A DNA stretch of 62,539 bases, counting the filler, from Platydemus manokwari (lineage: Eukaryota): the NCBI GenBank assembly GCA_037951405.1. It is 6 parts of 6 records of this genome, joined end to end, with 100 filler letters (N's around TTAATTAATTAA, not from the genome) between each part and the next. Parts side by side here need not be neighbours in the genome. Positions count along the whole stretch, not along the records: positions 41,503 to 52,563 come from JBBMOY010939973.1; positions 52,664 to 62,539 come from JBBMOY011194099.1; 4 more parts are not named here. One strand, 5' to 3'. Below are positions 42,989 through 55,839 of this stretch, one piece after another. Position numbers and translations under genes: made by a program. The notes below the pieces were generated by a model. That model saw nothing but the letters and a program-made list of their open reading frames with translations, had not been told where the DNA came from and did not search any database. Positions within the stretch are counted from its first letter, which is position 1; every line of letters begins with the position of its first letter.

Positions 42989-45900
42989 AATTAGATATAT
43001 TTAATTAATAAAAGTTTCAAAAAAGATGAATATTTAGATTTGTGTATATGTTGATGCATTTGCTTCAGATAAACAACAAATTTCAATGTTAATTACATAT
43101 ATAAATAATATGAAATTTAGTTATTGAAGTGATTTATAAAATTTTATATGAAAATCAGCACACATGAATCTCGTCAATAAATGCCTAGCTAACACAGCTT
43201 TCTATATTAAATTCAATAACAGCGTGTATCGCTCTTTGACAAATATTATCATTTCTTTAGTAATTTTAATATTAAATTCAATCAACCAAAAATTATCTTC
43301 TCTCACTACATAGATTTGTTGAAAATAAGTATCATGTTAAAATGATATTTGTTTTTATCCGATATAAAATTCGAGTAATTTTAAATTGTGCAGCTACTTA
43401 TATTATTAAGTAGTGATTTTTAAATTTTTATTGACATTGAAGTTGATTACAACATATGGAAATTAGTCGAATATAAAAATGAATCACATAATAAATTAGG
43501 CATTTTAAACATGATTTGAATAATTCCAAAACTATGAAAAACTGTTTTATTTATGCCTTCATAAACTTGACGGCAGTGGAATCATTTTAGCATCACTTGA
43601 TTATTTTGTACAGAACATTGTTGAAGGTTATTTCAATTTCTTATCAGCAATCATTTATATTTTAGAAGAGTTTGGATTTATCTCCTCATAAACTACCTTG
43701 TGATGTAACATACGTTATTATGTTCTTTAACACCGGTTCATATGGAGTAGATGTTGCATTCTATCACCTTGGTACAAAGATGCTGTATTAGATTGAGATT
43801 GAATTTGATAAGCAACGCTTACTTTTTCTCCGAAATATAGGTAAACTCTAACATTTGTGATCAGGTTTTCTCAATATTTTTCTGTCATGAATTTGAAAAA
43901 TTCCCTAACTTTGTTCCCATAAACATCTTGTTGCATACCAAATATAAAGAATATAGGTCAAATAAATCGATATCCTATTGGCGCGGATGATAAGTCAACG
44001 TAATTTATGTTAAGTAATTTGGTTGAAAACAACTCGGGTCGACGGTACCGATAAATACATATAATTGGAAAACGTGCAAACTTAAAATCTATAAATAAAA
44101 TCATAAAAAGTATCTAAAATATTAAGATATAAAATACAAATATAATCTCTAAATTATAATAAGATTTCTGCAAAACGTTAAACACAGAAATTCAAATTTT
44201 TTTCAAAACTGTTTAAGTTAAAAATTTTCAAGGCCACTGAGAAAGTTTGATGGCAACAGAAATTTCGAACACAATTTTGTTGTGGTCTATTTAGCATAAC
44301 CGTCAGCTAAAATTGTGTACCGTTACTAATTTTAGTTATAATGTATAAAAGTTGAGAAAAATAGAAGCACACGTAGAATGACATTCTTAGGTATACCTAT
44401 TATTATAAAAGCGGCTAGTAACAGTCACCCATCGTATAGAATTTATTCTAGCAATTTCAAGTGAAACTTTGTATATCTTTTTATTATCCAATGTACTCGT
44501 GACCAAGTAAATTTTTAATTGTTGTTATTGTATTTAACTTTTGACTCACAGCTAGTCTTTGGGTGGATGAAACTCATATGCCAGATCTACTTTAATTGTA
44601 TCCCAATTTCATATTTTAATTCAGAGGCTTGCCCGGCCATTTGGATGACATATCCTTTACTTCTTACACGAGGGCACTGTTCTGCAAACAATATATTGAT
44701 TGCTTTCATGATGTTTGTTAAAATCGATAATCTGATTAACTCATAATATATTTTTATCTACAGAGTTTTATTATTTATGTTTCATACTCTAAATAATATT
44801 GTTTGCTTCCAGAAGAATCGAAGGTAGCACGATATTGATTTTTGCAACAATGTGCTGCTGTGCATGTATATCATACACAACAGAAATACTCATCAGTTTT
44901 CAACCGCAATTGACGCTTTTACAATGTCATCGTGCACAATAATAAATTGATTCATTAAAACAAATTGTTCTAGAATATTTAATTAATTTTTATTATTTGA
45001 TTTTATTTATTTGTTTTCAGAATTTTTTAAAGAACATTTATTTAGAATTTTTTTTAGGTTTTTTTACATACTCGACAATGTTCATATTTTTGCTAAAGAA
45101 AAAACTGCCTTTTATATGAAACAGTGAGATTTTGTTTGGACAGATTTATAGAATGATTAAATATTTATGGGTTTTATTAGTTTTTTATTTTACTGGCTTT
45201 GGAAAAGCTTCCAAAGCACATATTGGAGACTATTATTGGAAGAAATTATCTAAAGAATTAATTTAGAGTTTATAGTATTGATCAACTGCTATCAAAAATT
45301 GAATGTGTAACAAAATTCACTTTATTTAAATATAATTTTATTAAAGAAGATCGATTGATTATAATCTGTAACTGTTACTGTGCTATGATCACTATATCAC
45401 TGACAAGACAGTTATTATTTATAAAGTTTTATTTTTTTGAAAAATGAAAATATGCGAACACTACAATTGAACACAAGCTATAAATATTCAATGTTCGATA
45501 CCTCAAGTTAGTGAATTGTCTGGAGTCCATTCGGACGGATAAGTCGAAGGAATTTGTAAGTTAAAATATGATTTCTTTGAATTATAGCTCACATTTAAAT
45601 TATAAAATGGTTGTAATTAAATAACATAAATATTTACAACAAAATAAACTTTACCGCTATCCGATAAAAAATCCTTAAATTATAAGAATCCACAAGTTTC
45701 TTCTTACAACTGACCAATCATTTGGATGACAATTACAATTCTAATCTCGAATTAGACGAAATATAATCGGTTTTTGATTATTAATACTCTTCGTATCAGC
45801 TTATTAAGCCTTTTTTATTCCTGAATGGTAGTCATCGATATTCAATTCTGATATTTATAGCCCTGTCGATGAGTGGGTTGCGTGAGTGGCTGTTATTGTC

Positions 45901-48221
45901 AGCTTTTGTCTGCCTTTATTTATGTAAATATTTTTCTCTTATTATCATCCTATTGTTAATTTTTTCCATTTTCATTACCTTATTACTATTTTGCTTCTAA
46001 AAATCTTTTCTATTAATTATTATTTATTGAATTTTAATTGATTTTTATTTCATTATTAATCCCATCATAATTCAACCAAATTTTATCTTCTCCTTACATA
46101 CAAATAAACAGTAATATATAATAAAGTATTCAATAACAATTTTTCATACAGTTTCGTTCAAATAAATTAAATGACTTTTGTAGAGTAAATTAAATGTTAA
46201 AATTGATAATAAATTAAATTTCTATTTGAATTAATGTCCCTAGCAATATTGATAAGGCACGCCACGGCTTTTAGAGAGGATATGAGAATTGAATTGAAGC
46301 AATTGCCGAATTTCGAGATTAATTAACTTGCTGATCTGAATTCGAAATTAGGTTATTGTTAAGGGTAAATCCTATTTATTAAACAAAACACTACTCTAAT
46401 TATGAATATCATTTGTGCAAGAAGATCAAGCACATTTCTTGCGAAGCCTTTTATTCCATTTATGCCAAATTATATTGGGAGTCAAATGATCCGGAGGAGC
46501 CTTCAAATGAGGTAGAAATCATTATCATTTTAATATCTATTAATAACCCATACATTTTTATTTACACAATCGATCTATTTACTCTTCTCAATCGGTTCGA
46601 CTCCAACATACCGAAAGACAGACATTGAATAACAAAGTTTCACTGATGTTATCAGTTTCGGCTTGTAGATACTCAAAATTGTATTGGCGTATATAGCACT
46701 GCTGAATCACCAAAATAAACCCAGTGTCATAATCAACTTTTTATTAGTGTAAAGATTGAATAAAGTTCCAATAATTTATATCTAGTTATCCTAATTGCAA
46801 ACATCAATATAAGTTTTGAGTAACAAAAGGTAACGGAATAGAATTATAGGTCAATTAAACAGCTATTAATGCCTTTCACTTAGTCACTAAGTTATCAATT
46901 GAGCGCTAGGCGAGGCAAGATCATGTAATAGGTTATAATACACCTACAGCCTCAGAATATAGGACAACGAAGGATTGATAAAGTTGTTAAGAGTACAAAT
47001 CAATATAGCACTCGCTCATATAATAAACTATGGGTAGAAATTATCGAGAATATAAGGTCTAACCATATCATATCAGTACCAATTAACACAAAAAATTAAA
47101 TTTATTACTAGAACCTTCAAACAATATATCAAATGTTATTATCATCGAATTCACAATTCAATATATTTTTCACCCAAATTACCATTAGCACTTTCACAAA
47201 GATCCTGTGCTCCACTTTTTAATTAGTATTAAAATTAAAGATTTATCTCCTCGAATGATTTCCCGCTGCACAGTGAAATAATTCTCTTCAATTAAAACCA
47301 CTAACTATTAGTTTCCTACAAATTGATGGAATTCTAAAAATGTCTCCAGAAATGATTTCTTGCTGTAGTTCTTTGTAAACTGATTAATGGTTTATTGCTG
47401 AATGGTGTTAGTATTAGTATTGTTTTCCACTACACTTCCTATTCGAATTTCTTATCTCTCTTTTTCTGAATAAATATACTTTAATTTAATTAGAATATTT
47501 TTCTTTTATTGTGTCTGATTTTATTAAAATTATTGTTTACTCCATTCGATTGTTTTGTGTTATTTTCATGCTCAGGTGTTATTCATGATTATATCTATTA
47601 ATAAAACAAAAAACCACAAAAATTAATTTTAGACATATAAAGTTATTTTTAGATCGAATCAAACTTAAAAATTATTTTTGGTCACAGTTGAATAAAGTAA
47701 ATAAAAGTTACTTTTTTCACAATTTTATAAATAAAAAAAATGTAATTGTCATAACTGAATATGAATTGCTTTTCGACTGTATTTTCACTGATTTATATTG
47801 ACTATAATTATGTCCAGACTGGGTCTAAGAGTTTACGGTAAATAGTGAAGTAATATGCGACAAAATGATGATACTCTAATATAAAAATTAAACAAAAAAA
47901 TTTATTTTAAGAAATTTCCCAAAAATAAAGTTACGAAATCATCAAAGATTACACTCAAAGAAAATCCCAATTTATCTTCGGCTCATCATTTTGTACATAC
48001 ACATTTCCGATAAAGTATATTTGGCAATAGATTTACTTCATGTGAATTTAATCTTCAAGATATAATGCAGAAACGAAACAAATCATTAATATAATTTCTG
48101 TTGGTAATGGATTATTCGAGAAATACCAATGCATTCCTCATGCAGAATAATACCATATATTTCAATAACCAAAATTCAAAAGTAATGCATCAATAAATAC
48201 ATTTATTGAGATATAACAAGA

Positions 48222-48866
48222 TCAATATTTGATAGTGACAGGTTTTGAAAATCCATAATTAATTGCAGTATCGATATCTTCATCAGGATATATTTGATTA
48301 CTTGATTGATAAATATGTAGAAGTTCATCGACGGTTAAGAACAAACCAATGAGGCACACATAAAATCCAATTGTTGATATGATTAAACTTATAATTGAAG
48401 CGGTGAAAAGAAATTCCACATATCTACAATTTATTAAACTCCATTGTTTTTGAACATAGATAATTTCGTGCGATTTTCTAACCCTTATAGCTTCTAATAT
48501 CACTTGCAAAATCATAATTAATATACTAGTTAAATACGAAAACAATCTTATAATAGTAGAAACCGTTGAAATTGATGTGATTGATATCAAATTGACAGTT
48601 CCAGTTACTATTAAAACAATACTGACACTGAATCCAATAAATTGGTTTTTCAAATTCGGACATCTCAGAACCAACAATAATACTATTAAGAATGATGCAA
48701 CTCCAAGTACCAGTATTATCGTATCGATTGGTTTATGAACACATGATGTTCTTCTTTGAATAAGATCGGCATTCACTTCTCGTGTGGGAATCGTTTCATT
48801 ATACAACCAAAACAGACTTCCATTTACAACTCGATTATGTTCTTCAATGGCATCTTTTTTATTCAT
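48222..48866 (-). CDS. Intronless four-TM membrane protein (MS4A/CD20-like topology), 214 aa
   Basis: 645-nt ORF with four hydrophobic segments and a longer Cys-containing loop between TM3 and TM4. In-frame stops lie just upstream of the ATG, and AATAAA overlaps the region just after the stop. The family assignment rests on topology only. Confidence 0.75.
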   Translation of the reverse strand: MNKKDAIEEHNRVVNGSLFWLYNETIPTREVNADLIQRRTSCVHKPIDTIILVLGVASFLIVLLLVLRCPNLKNQFIGFSVSIVLIVTGTVNLISITSISTVSTIIRLFSYLTSILIMILQVILEAIRVRKSHEIIYVQKQWSLINCRYVEFLFTASIISLIISTIGFYVCLIGLFLTVDELLHIYQSSNQIYPDEDIDTAINYGFSKPVTIKY

Positions 48867-48982
48867 GGTAATTAATTAATGATCCAAATATTATACTATT
48901 GATTATATCAATTTATCATTAAATATAAATATTCTATATAAAAAAACAAGAACGATATAATTTATTGAAACAATCCAATTTA

Positions 48983-50833
48983 TTATAACCGCTCTATCAA
49001 CATTTGATTGCAGGATTTTTTAGAATTAATTTCCTCGATTATGGCGGTTAATTCTTGACTGATAATTTGTGATTTTGTGATTCTTTGATTGAATGTACTG
49101 GAATCTAGGTCTTGTTTCGTTTTTAAAAAACTTGAAGGATCTTCTTGTAACCTGGTCAGAAATTCCAGGACTTCATTGAATCGTCTGCTCAGTGAAGAAA
49201 ACCGACAAATCGTTTCAGATTCACTATCTAATTGCTGTGCCATTGATTCTTTCTCCTTACCCGTCAGTGGTCTCTGGAAAGGTTTTGAAATTAAAAGGAT
49301 TAAATGAAAATTAATTTACAAACGGTTAATTCGTTATTTAACGTTTTGATAGTCTTTTCTCGATATTCTTCAATGAATGAATTAATGGAATCTGTTTTGT
49401 CTTTGTTATTCTTATTGGTTGAGTAGGTTTGTAAAATAAGTCTTGAAATTTTAATCATGAATTCATTGAGAGCTTCTTGACGTGTGAAAGTCTATGAAAG
49501 TAAAAAACATTTTCATTGCAAAACTATATTTCAATAAGTGCTATTATATAAAAATAAAGCCAAAATAACTCATCTCTAATAGAATAATGAAGTATGATAA
49601 ATAAATACAATCCTATAAAATGTTCCGCAAGCAAAGACCACCTTCTCATTCTTAATTATTCCATTATAAGCCATTTCTATAAATTTTTTAACTGACATTT
49701 CTTATCATCTGGCATCAATTAACATATGAAGAGTTATTCGAAAATATCTTCAGCTTGAAAAGCATAACTAAACAAATAAATATCAAATCACTATCTGGTG
49801 AATTTTGTGATAAAATAATTCAATACCAGTCGTGTCAGTTTGATTGAATAGATTACAATATCCGGTTAGTGATTATGATAAATATATTAGTTTACTAACA
49901 ACACTATGATATATATATCTGATATATCAATGAAGATCCCAACTGTGAATTATCAATATGATATTTGAGTAAACATCGTTAGAAAATATGGAAATGAAAA
50001 AGAAAATATTGTTTTGCACAATCAAATATTGCTCAGGCGGTCAAGATTTAAAATAAAAACACAGTGAATAGCAATTTCAAGCCTATAATGGCTAATTAAT
50101 TAAAGTAATGAGAATTATATATAGTAGCGATTTGGATAAAAACTATTCTGTGCTCGTTAGAAAAACTGTTAGAAATTTATATTGTTTAAAATCGCTGAAA
50201 AACTTTAAAATTTAAATTTTTAAGAAATTTATACCACATTTCAACAAAGGGATATTTAATATAAATTCAAAAAAATTTGAAAACAATTAACAAGAACCAC
50301 TTAGTATTATTATAATTCATGACAGAAACCACTTCAAGTTATAGATGGATTGCTTGTTCTTAATCAATTCATTATTTTTTTTAGTAGATTCAATTAATAT
50401 CATTATTATATTTAGAATAGATGAGCTGTTATTAACTGAGTTAGACGATATATATATAGTAAAATTCGGTTAATAACAATAATCGAAAATCTATTTGAGC
50501 ATTACTGTAGATTACTACCAATTTATTACGCCTAATATCAGAAAACATTGCAATTTATTTGGCTGGGTTAATTTACTTATTAGGTAGTAATCTTCAAAAT
50601 ACCATTTACAGATCCCAGTTAAAAAATAAATATCAGTTCTAGTTCAACTAATTACTACTGGCCAAAACAAATAGCCAATCGTTAGATGCGAATGTAAGAT
50701 TATTCATTGTCTGATTATTTTTATTTAATTATTATTACTATTCTAGTAAAGTTCGATTATTATCAATCAATAATCGGTTGGTATAACTTTGTTTCCTGGA
50801 AAAGACAAGTTGTTATTAAACGAGTTAGACGAC

Positions 50834-50881
<48 letters not shown>

Positions 50882-51487
50882 TTATAATATTGATATTAAT
50901 TCTTGTTTTTGTAATGTCACGAGTTTAAGTGATTCACAATATTGATTGACTTTACTTCATCCAATCGGAATTTGAAATTTGTAAACAATAATGAATGAAC
51001 CATCATCGAACTAGTTGAAACAATGAGTGTTATTCAAAATCATTTCATTAATCCCCTGATATACACATACTTTACCTTGGGAAAATCAGCTAAATTTGAA
51101 CTGACATTCTTCTTATTTCTGATGTTTTCGGAGATTTTTCTCAAAAAATCATCCTGACGTTCACCACGGAAATTCATGACTGCACAAAAGAAACGAAACA
51201 GTACCAGATTGGTTAAGAGTCGATAACGAAGTCCACCCTGACTTTCTGTCGTGGTTGTTGAATCTGAAGATCTGTCTGATTTGGTTTCATTAAAATTGGG
51301 ATGTAATCGTTCTATTTCACACTTGATAGAAATAATTTTCTGTTCAAAGCTATTTGAATGACAAAAATCTTTAATACTTGGATCACATGAAATAATTGTC
51401 GAAGTGTTAAAGGGCAATGTTCAAGGTTGTCATTAATGCCATCTAATGCTGCATTGAGACATTTGAGAAGAACACTATTTTCGATCT
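48983..51487 (-). CDS. Divergent RasGAP-domain protein, 3' exons
   Basis: Exons 51487-51378, 51321-51076, 49491-49324 and 49273-48983 join in frame. 'HCPLTLRQLFHVIQCEIERLHP', 'LRYRLLTNLVLFRFFCAVMNF', 'FMIKISRLILQ' and 'SINSFIEEYREKTIKTLNNELT' follow the order of the RasGAP C-terminal helices. Confidence 0.72.
50832..50880. repeat. Compound (AC)n(AT)n microsatellite, intronic
   Basis: An AC run followed by about 15 AT units. Confidence 0.93.
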
Positions 51488-52563
51488 CTGTATTATTAAT
51501 AATCGGTTAAGAACAAATTATTCATAAAGAGAATAAATAAATTTCTATTAAAATATTCAATCTCAAAGAGCCAAAAACAGTAAACAGTTTATCTGTTAGA
51601 GTTTATCGTTATTAAAAATGTTATAATCATTAACATTTATTCCTACTTAATTGAATAAAGTAATTATTATTATCACACATTATTATCATAATAGAACTTC
51701 TAAATATTAAAAATAATCAAACTTAATAAATAATTTAAAAACAGATATTAACAAACCATGGTTTCATTGATAAGATGACATGCACAACTAAAAACATGAA
51801 TATGATTGGTAAATGATCATTGTAATGATTTTCAATAATAATTTGAAAAAAATGATATAAATGAAAAAAAATTAATATAAATAAAAGTATTGACAATTAT
51901 CAATTTATTAAATGATCGATAATTTCTAAAATCAAAAATAATAGTCGATTAATTATTATTATCTTTAAGTTTTAAAGTAGACCAAGTAAATTCAATCGAT
52001 AGAATAAATAAAATACCAGAAAATAAGCAAAAAAAATTTGGGCGTTTAAAGGACACTACGAGATAATGATATATTTAATGATCAAATAAAATCATGATAG
52101 ATTTGATATTGATGAGTAGAAATGATTAAGAAACCAGTATAGTAATGGACACACATGTAGACATCACACGAACTCGTGATAAATTATGAGAAGATTTCTG
52201 CATTTTATTTTAATGATTTAATGGTATATGAGATGAAATTTCAGTTGTGGAAATATTTAGTTGTTTTTTAATAATGATCAATATTTTTTTCCGCCTTATC
52301 AATTCACTTCTGTTGTCACATGTCAGAATATTTGAACAAAATACAAAAGATGCGTTGACAAACAATGATAGAGTTGACAACATACCTACAACATGTAATT
52401 TTGTCACTGTTATCATATCAGATCTCAATATTTTAAAACTAAATATATAATTATGGCTTATTAAAAGTAAATAAAACACCAATGTAATTCATATTAGAAG
52501 TCTTTAACAATAACTTTATCAGACACATCAGCTTTCCAAATGAATATTCCTGATATCATACAT

Positions 52564-52663
52564 NNNNNNNNNNNNNNNNNNNNNNNNNNNNNNNNNNNNN
52601 NNNNNNNTTAATTAATTAANNNNNNNNNNNNNNNNNNNNNNNNNNNNNNNNNNNNNNNNNNNN
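52564..52663. other. Artificial contig-joining spacer
   Basis: N44-TTAATTAATTAA-N44. Confidence 0.97.
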
Positions 52664-53973
52664 TATTATTACATTAATAATAATAAGTTCTATAAATGAT
52701 AAGTATATACATATCTTTATATCTAAAGCACAAGTACTTGGATCTTAATTTATTTAGCTTTGATAAGTTTTCTTCAAGTAGTTTCTAAAATGAATGAAAT
52801 TGATAATAATACGCAATCAAATTATAATAAAAATAACTATAAATCAATGGTATATGTTGAAAACTTTTGTTATTCATCAATAAATTCAATTAAAAAAAAA
52901 TTTCAGCAATACCTATTTTTAAAATAAAATCTGATTTAAAAAAATATTAAAATTCAAAGAAAACAATTAATATTTAATCCAATCATATCTTAATTTAATA
53001 TTATCCGCATATATAAATCTTTTAATTTAATTTTTTAGACTTGAAATCTGATTTGTTCTAATATTCATTAAGTTATATGTGATAAGTTATCGTTTAATAA
53101 AAATAACAGAACTTCATTGATGGAAATATTTAGAGTTTGTTTTGAATAAATATGTAATATCTGATCGAGATTCAGACACGAAATAGAATGATTAGAAGGA
53201 GGCCTAAAGACGAAAAAACAATCTTGAGGACTCATAGGAAATCAAGATTAGTACCTTTTTTCTTAAATAAATTTTTAATTTTGTTTAAAAAAAAGAGTTT
53301 AAATATGAATGTAAATGAAATAAAAACTATTATTAGAAAATAAGATTTAGGATATTTGAGACTCTGAAATGTCTTCTACATGGTACGCAATAAATTTTTA
53401 ATTATTTCTCAACTTTTTTTCATTAAAGATTAATAAGACTTATTAATTTCAATGCTCGCGGTCTTATTTGTGTTTGCTTATCAAATTCATTACTATATTT
53501 TGAAAACTCTCGTGATTCAAGGACATCACCACATCGGTATAAAATACAACTTTTATGAGACTAGATAGACATCAATAATTGATATAAACTTGATATTGTA
53601 AAATATATAGACTGATTAATTTTAAATCTAATGAGGTCTTTAATGTTAATAATGTATCGAAAGTCAAATAAATCCAAAATTAATTGTAACTGGCTTTGAA
53701 AAGTAAAAAAAAATCCAAAATATTTGTTAGAGGATTGTCAAGAGCAAACCCTTCTCAAAACATAGTTAAAATTTTTCCGGCTCGTTTAAAACTTCATTTC
53801 CAATCAATAAATATTTTTGAGACACATGATTTTTTAAAAATATGTCTAGAGATTATACTTAATAATTATTATTTTATTATTAAGTTATACATTATCTATG
53901 TTCTTTAATACATATATTCCAAATAAATATCAATGTACACATTTACGAGATAAATTTATATATGAAAACGTAC

Positions 53974-54512
53974 TTTAGAATTCTCAGCTCTTGATTTGGA
54001 TGATTCCTTATTTGAATCAAATGATCGCAAATTTGGATCGTTCACCTAAAAAAAAAGAAAATGTGTATAAAAAATTTAAACAATAAACCCAATTTATCTT
54101 ATGATATATCTATAAATTAACCAAAATTAATAATTTTATTAATCATAACTTATTATATAAATTAGAACTTTATTATATAAATTAGAATAAAAAATGATAA
54201 TAAATAATAACTTTTTGACAATTTTCTATTATGCCAATTATGTCATCAAGATCCAATAATAATTCCTTGCCCCTTAAATTTTAATAAAATTCTTGATTAA
54301 ATAAATTAAATTACGTATCTAAATATTTATCCAAAGTATTTTGATCCATTTTTTCTGCACCTTTCAATTCTTTAACAAACTTCTTAACCTAAGATGTTGT
54401 CGTTTATTAAATAATAAAAATTCATAAAAATAACATCATTTATAATTTCTTCATTTTCCTTCATAGCTTCTGATAATTTATAAATTTCAATTCCGTCATT
54501 GGACTGATTCAT
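53974..54512 (-). CDS. 5' exons of an unidentified acidic/helical protein
   Basis: Four exons (54512-54435, 54388-54315, 54272-54212, 54045-53974) chain in phase from an ATG: MNQSNDGIEIYKLSEAMKENEEIINDVKKFVKELKGAEKMDQNTLDKYLDTGKELLLDLDDIIGIIENCQKVNDPNLRSFDSNKESSKSRAENSK. A possible next exon starts at 53560. Confidence 0.7.
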
Positions 54513-55839
54513 TTTAGAATAAATTGCACAAAATCAATTAAATGATATTTCAAAATTAAAAATAAATGTTTGAATTTTTTGAAAATAAATAAATCTTGAC
54601 AACGATAATTTAGGACTATGATTAAACAAAATTTTTAATTAGTTTTTGCGTAACATTACTTTCGATAATTCAGAGATTAATTTGTTAAAAATAAGTTTTT
54701 ATTTATATAAAATAAATATTTAAATGGAAAAAAGATTAATCCAAAATATACATTGTTTTCTTCATGTTGTTTTTAAAAGTTAAAAATGTATCACATTTAA
54801 CTTGAAAAAATTCAACTAGAAAATTTTAAACTATAGGATTTAGACAAATAAGAATTATTATAATTACAAATATCGTTAATATAAGATAAATGTCTATGAA
54901 AATGAATTCCAAATAATTTTTTATTTTGTATTATTTGAACTGATCATCAACTAAGAATATTGTTGATTTGTTGAACTATTGGTTGACTAGTTTGAAATGA
55001 TTGCATCACCATCTGATTGTTTTTATTTGTTTTTTGCACTGTATTAAGGAATTTGGTCGAGTGGAAATACTGTAATTTATTGTTTAATGAGTTCATTAGG
55101 CAAATTATTTGTCAATGAATTGTTGGAAAAGTCCCTCTTTAAACGTTTTGAGTACATATATGACTAAGCAGTTATATAGCTAACAAATCAGAAGCAATAT
55201 GAAGCCGGGATTTCAATTTGACTAAGTACAATGACAATAGAGTGACGCTTACACTGGAATTTAGTTGTCTAATAAATCAATAAATCTAACTAGAATCTCG
55301 AAAATCAGAATGCTGTATAATAAGATAATATAAGTAACACACACAAACTTCTTAGTATAAATTTAACTAGAAACATGACTTCAAATGAGTTTAAACCAGT
55401 TGAAAGAATTAATGTATGTCAGTACTCATTTCAGTGTTATTTATTCACCAGATTACAAGCTAATTTATTTTAAATAATTCTACTTTTCACATTGATCCTT
55501 ATTCCGTTTTGTTCAATATGTGGTTATATATGTTAGTATACTATCCACACAATAATTATGGGTTCTCTAGAGTCAATCCCAATATCAACACTATCCATAC
55601 TTATAGAAATTGAAATTGATTAGAAAAATACCTGCATTATCTAAAAAGTTTGTTAATTCCAAATGTCAAACATTCTTCATGATTCTAGCATCATAACAGA
55701 AGTGAAATAGTAATAGATGTTTAAAATTGCTGGTTAGATTATTCAAAATATGTCACTAATTTTATAATTAACTTAGTGAGAAGTGTGTACTATCACAGAA
55801 GAGCTAAAAGCTCAGATTATCCTCAATATTATCCGTCAA

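Noticed and set aside
48222-49273. RasGAP-4TM fusion protein (plexin-like or membrane-anchored GAP)
   Set aside because: In-frame TAA codons just upstream of the 48866 ATG block any spliced fusion through the available acceptors.
51487-54512. Treating the 54512 exons as the 5' end of the RasGAP gene
   Set aside because: They are separated by an artificial spacer, and the other spacers join unrelated genes.
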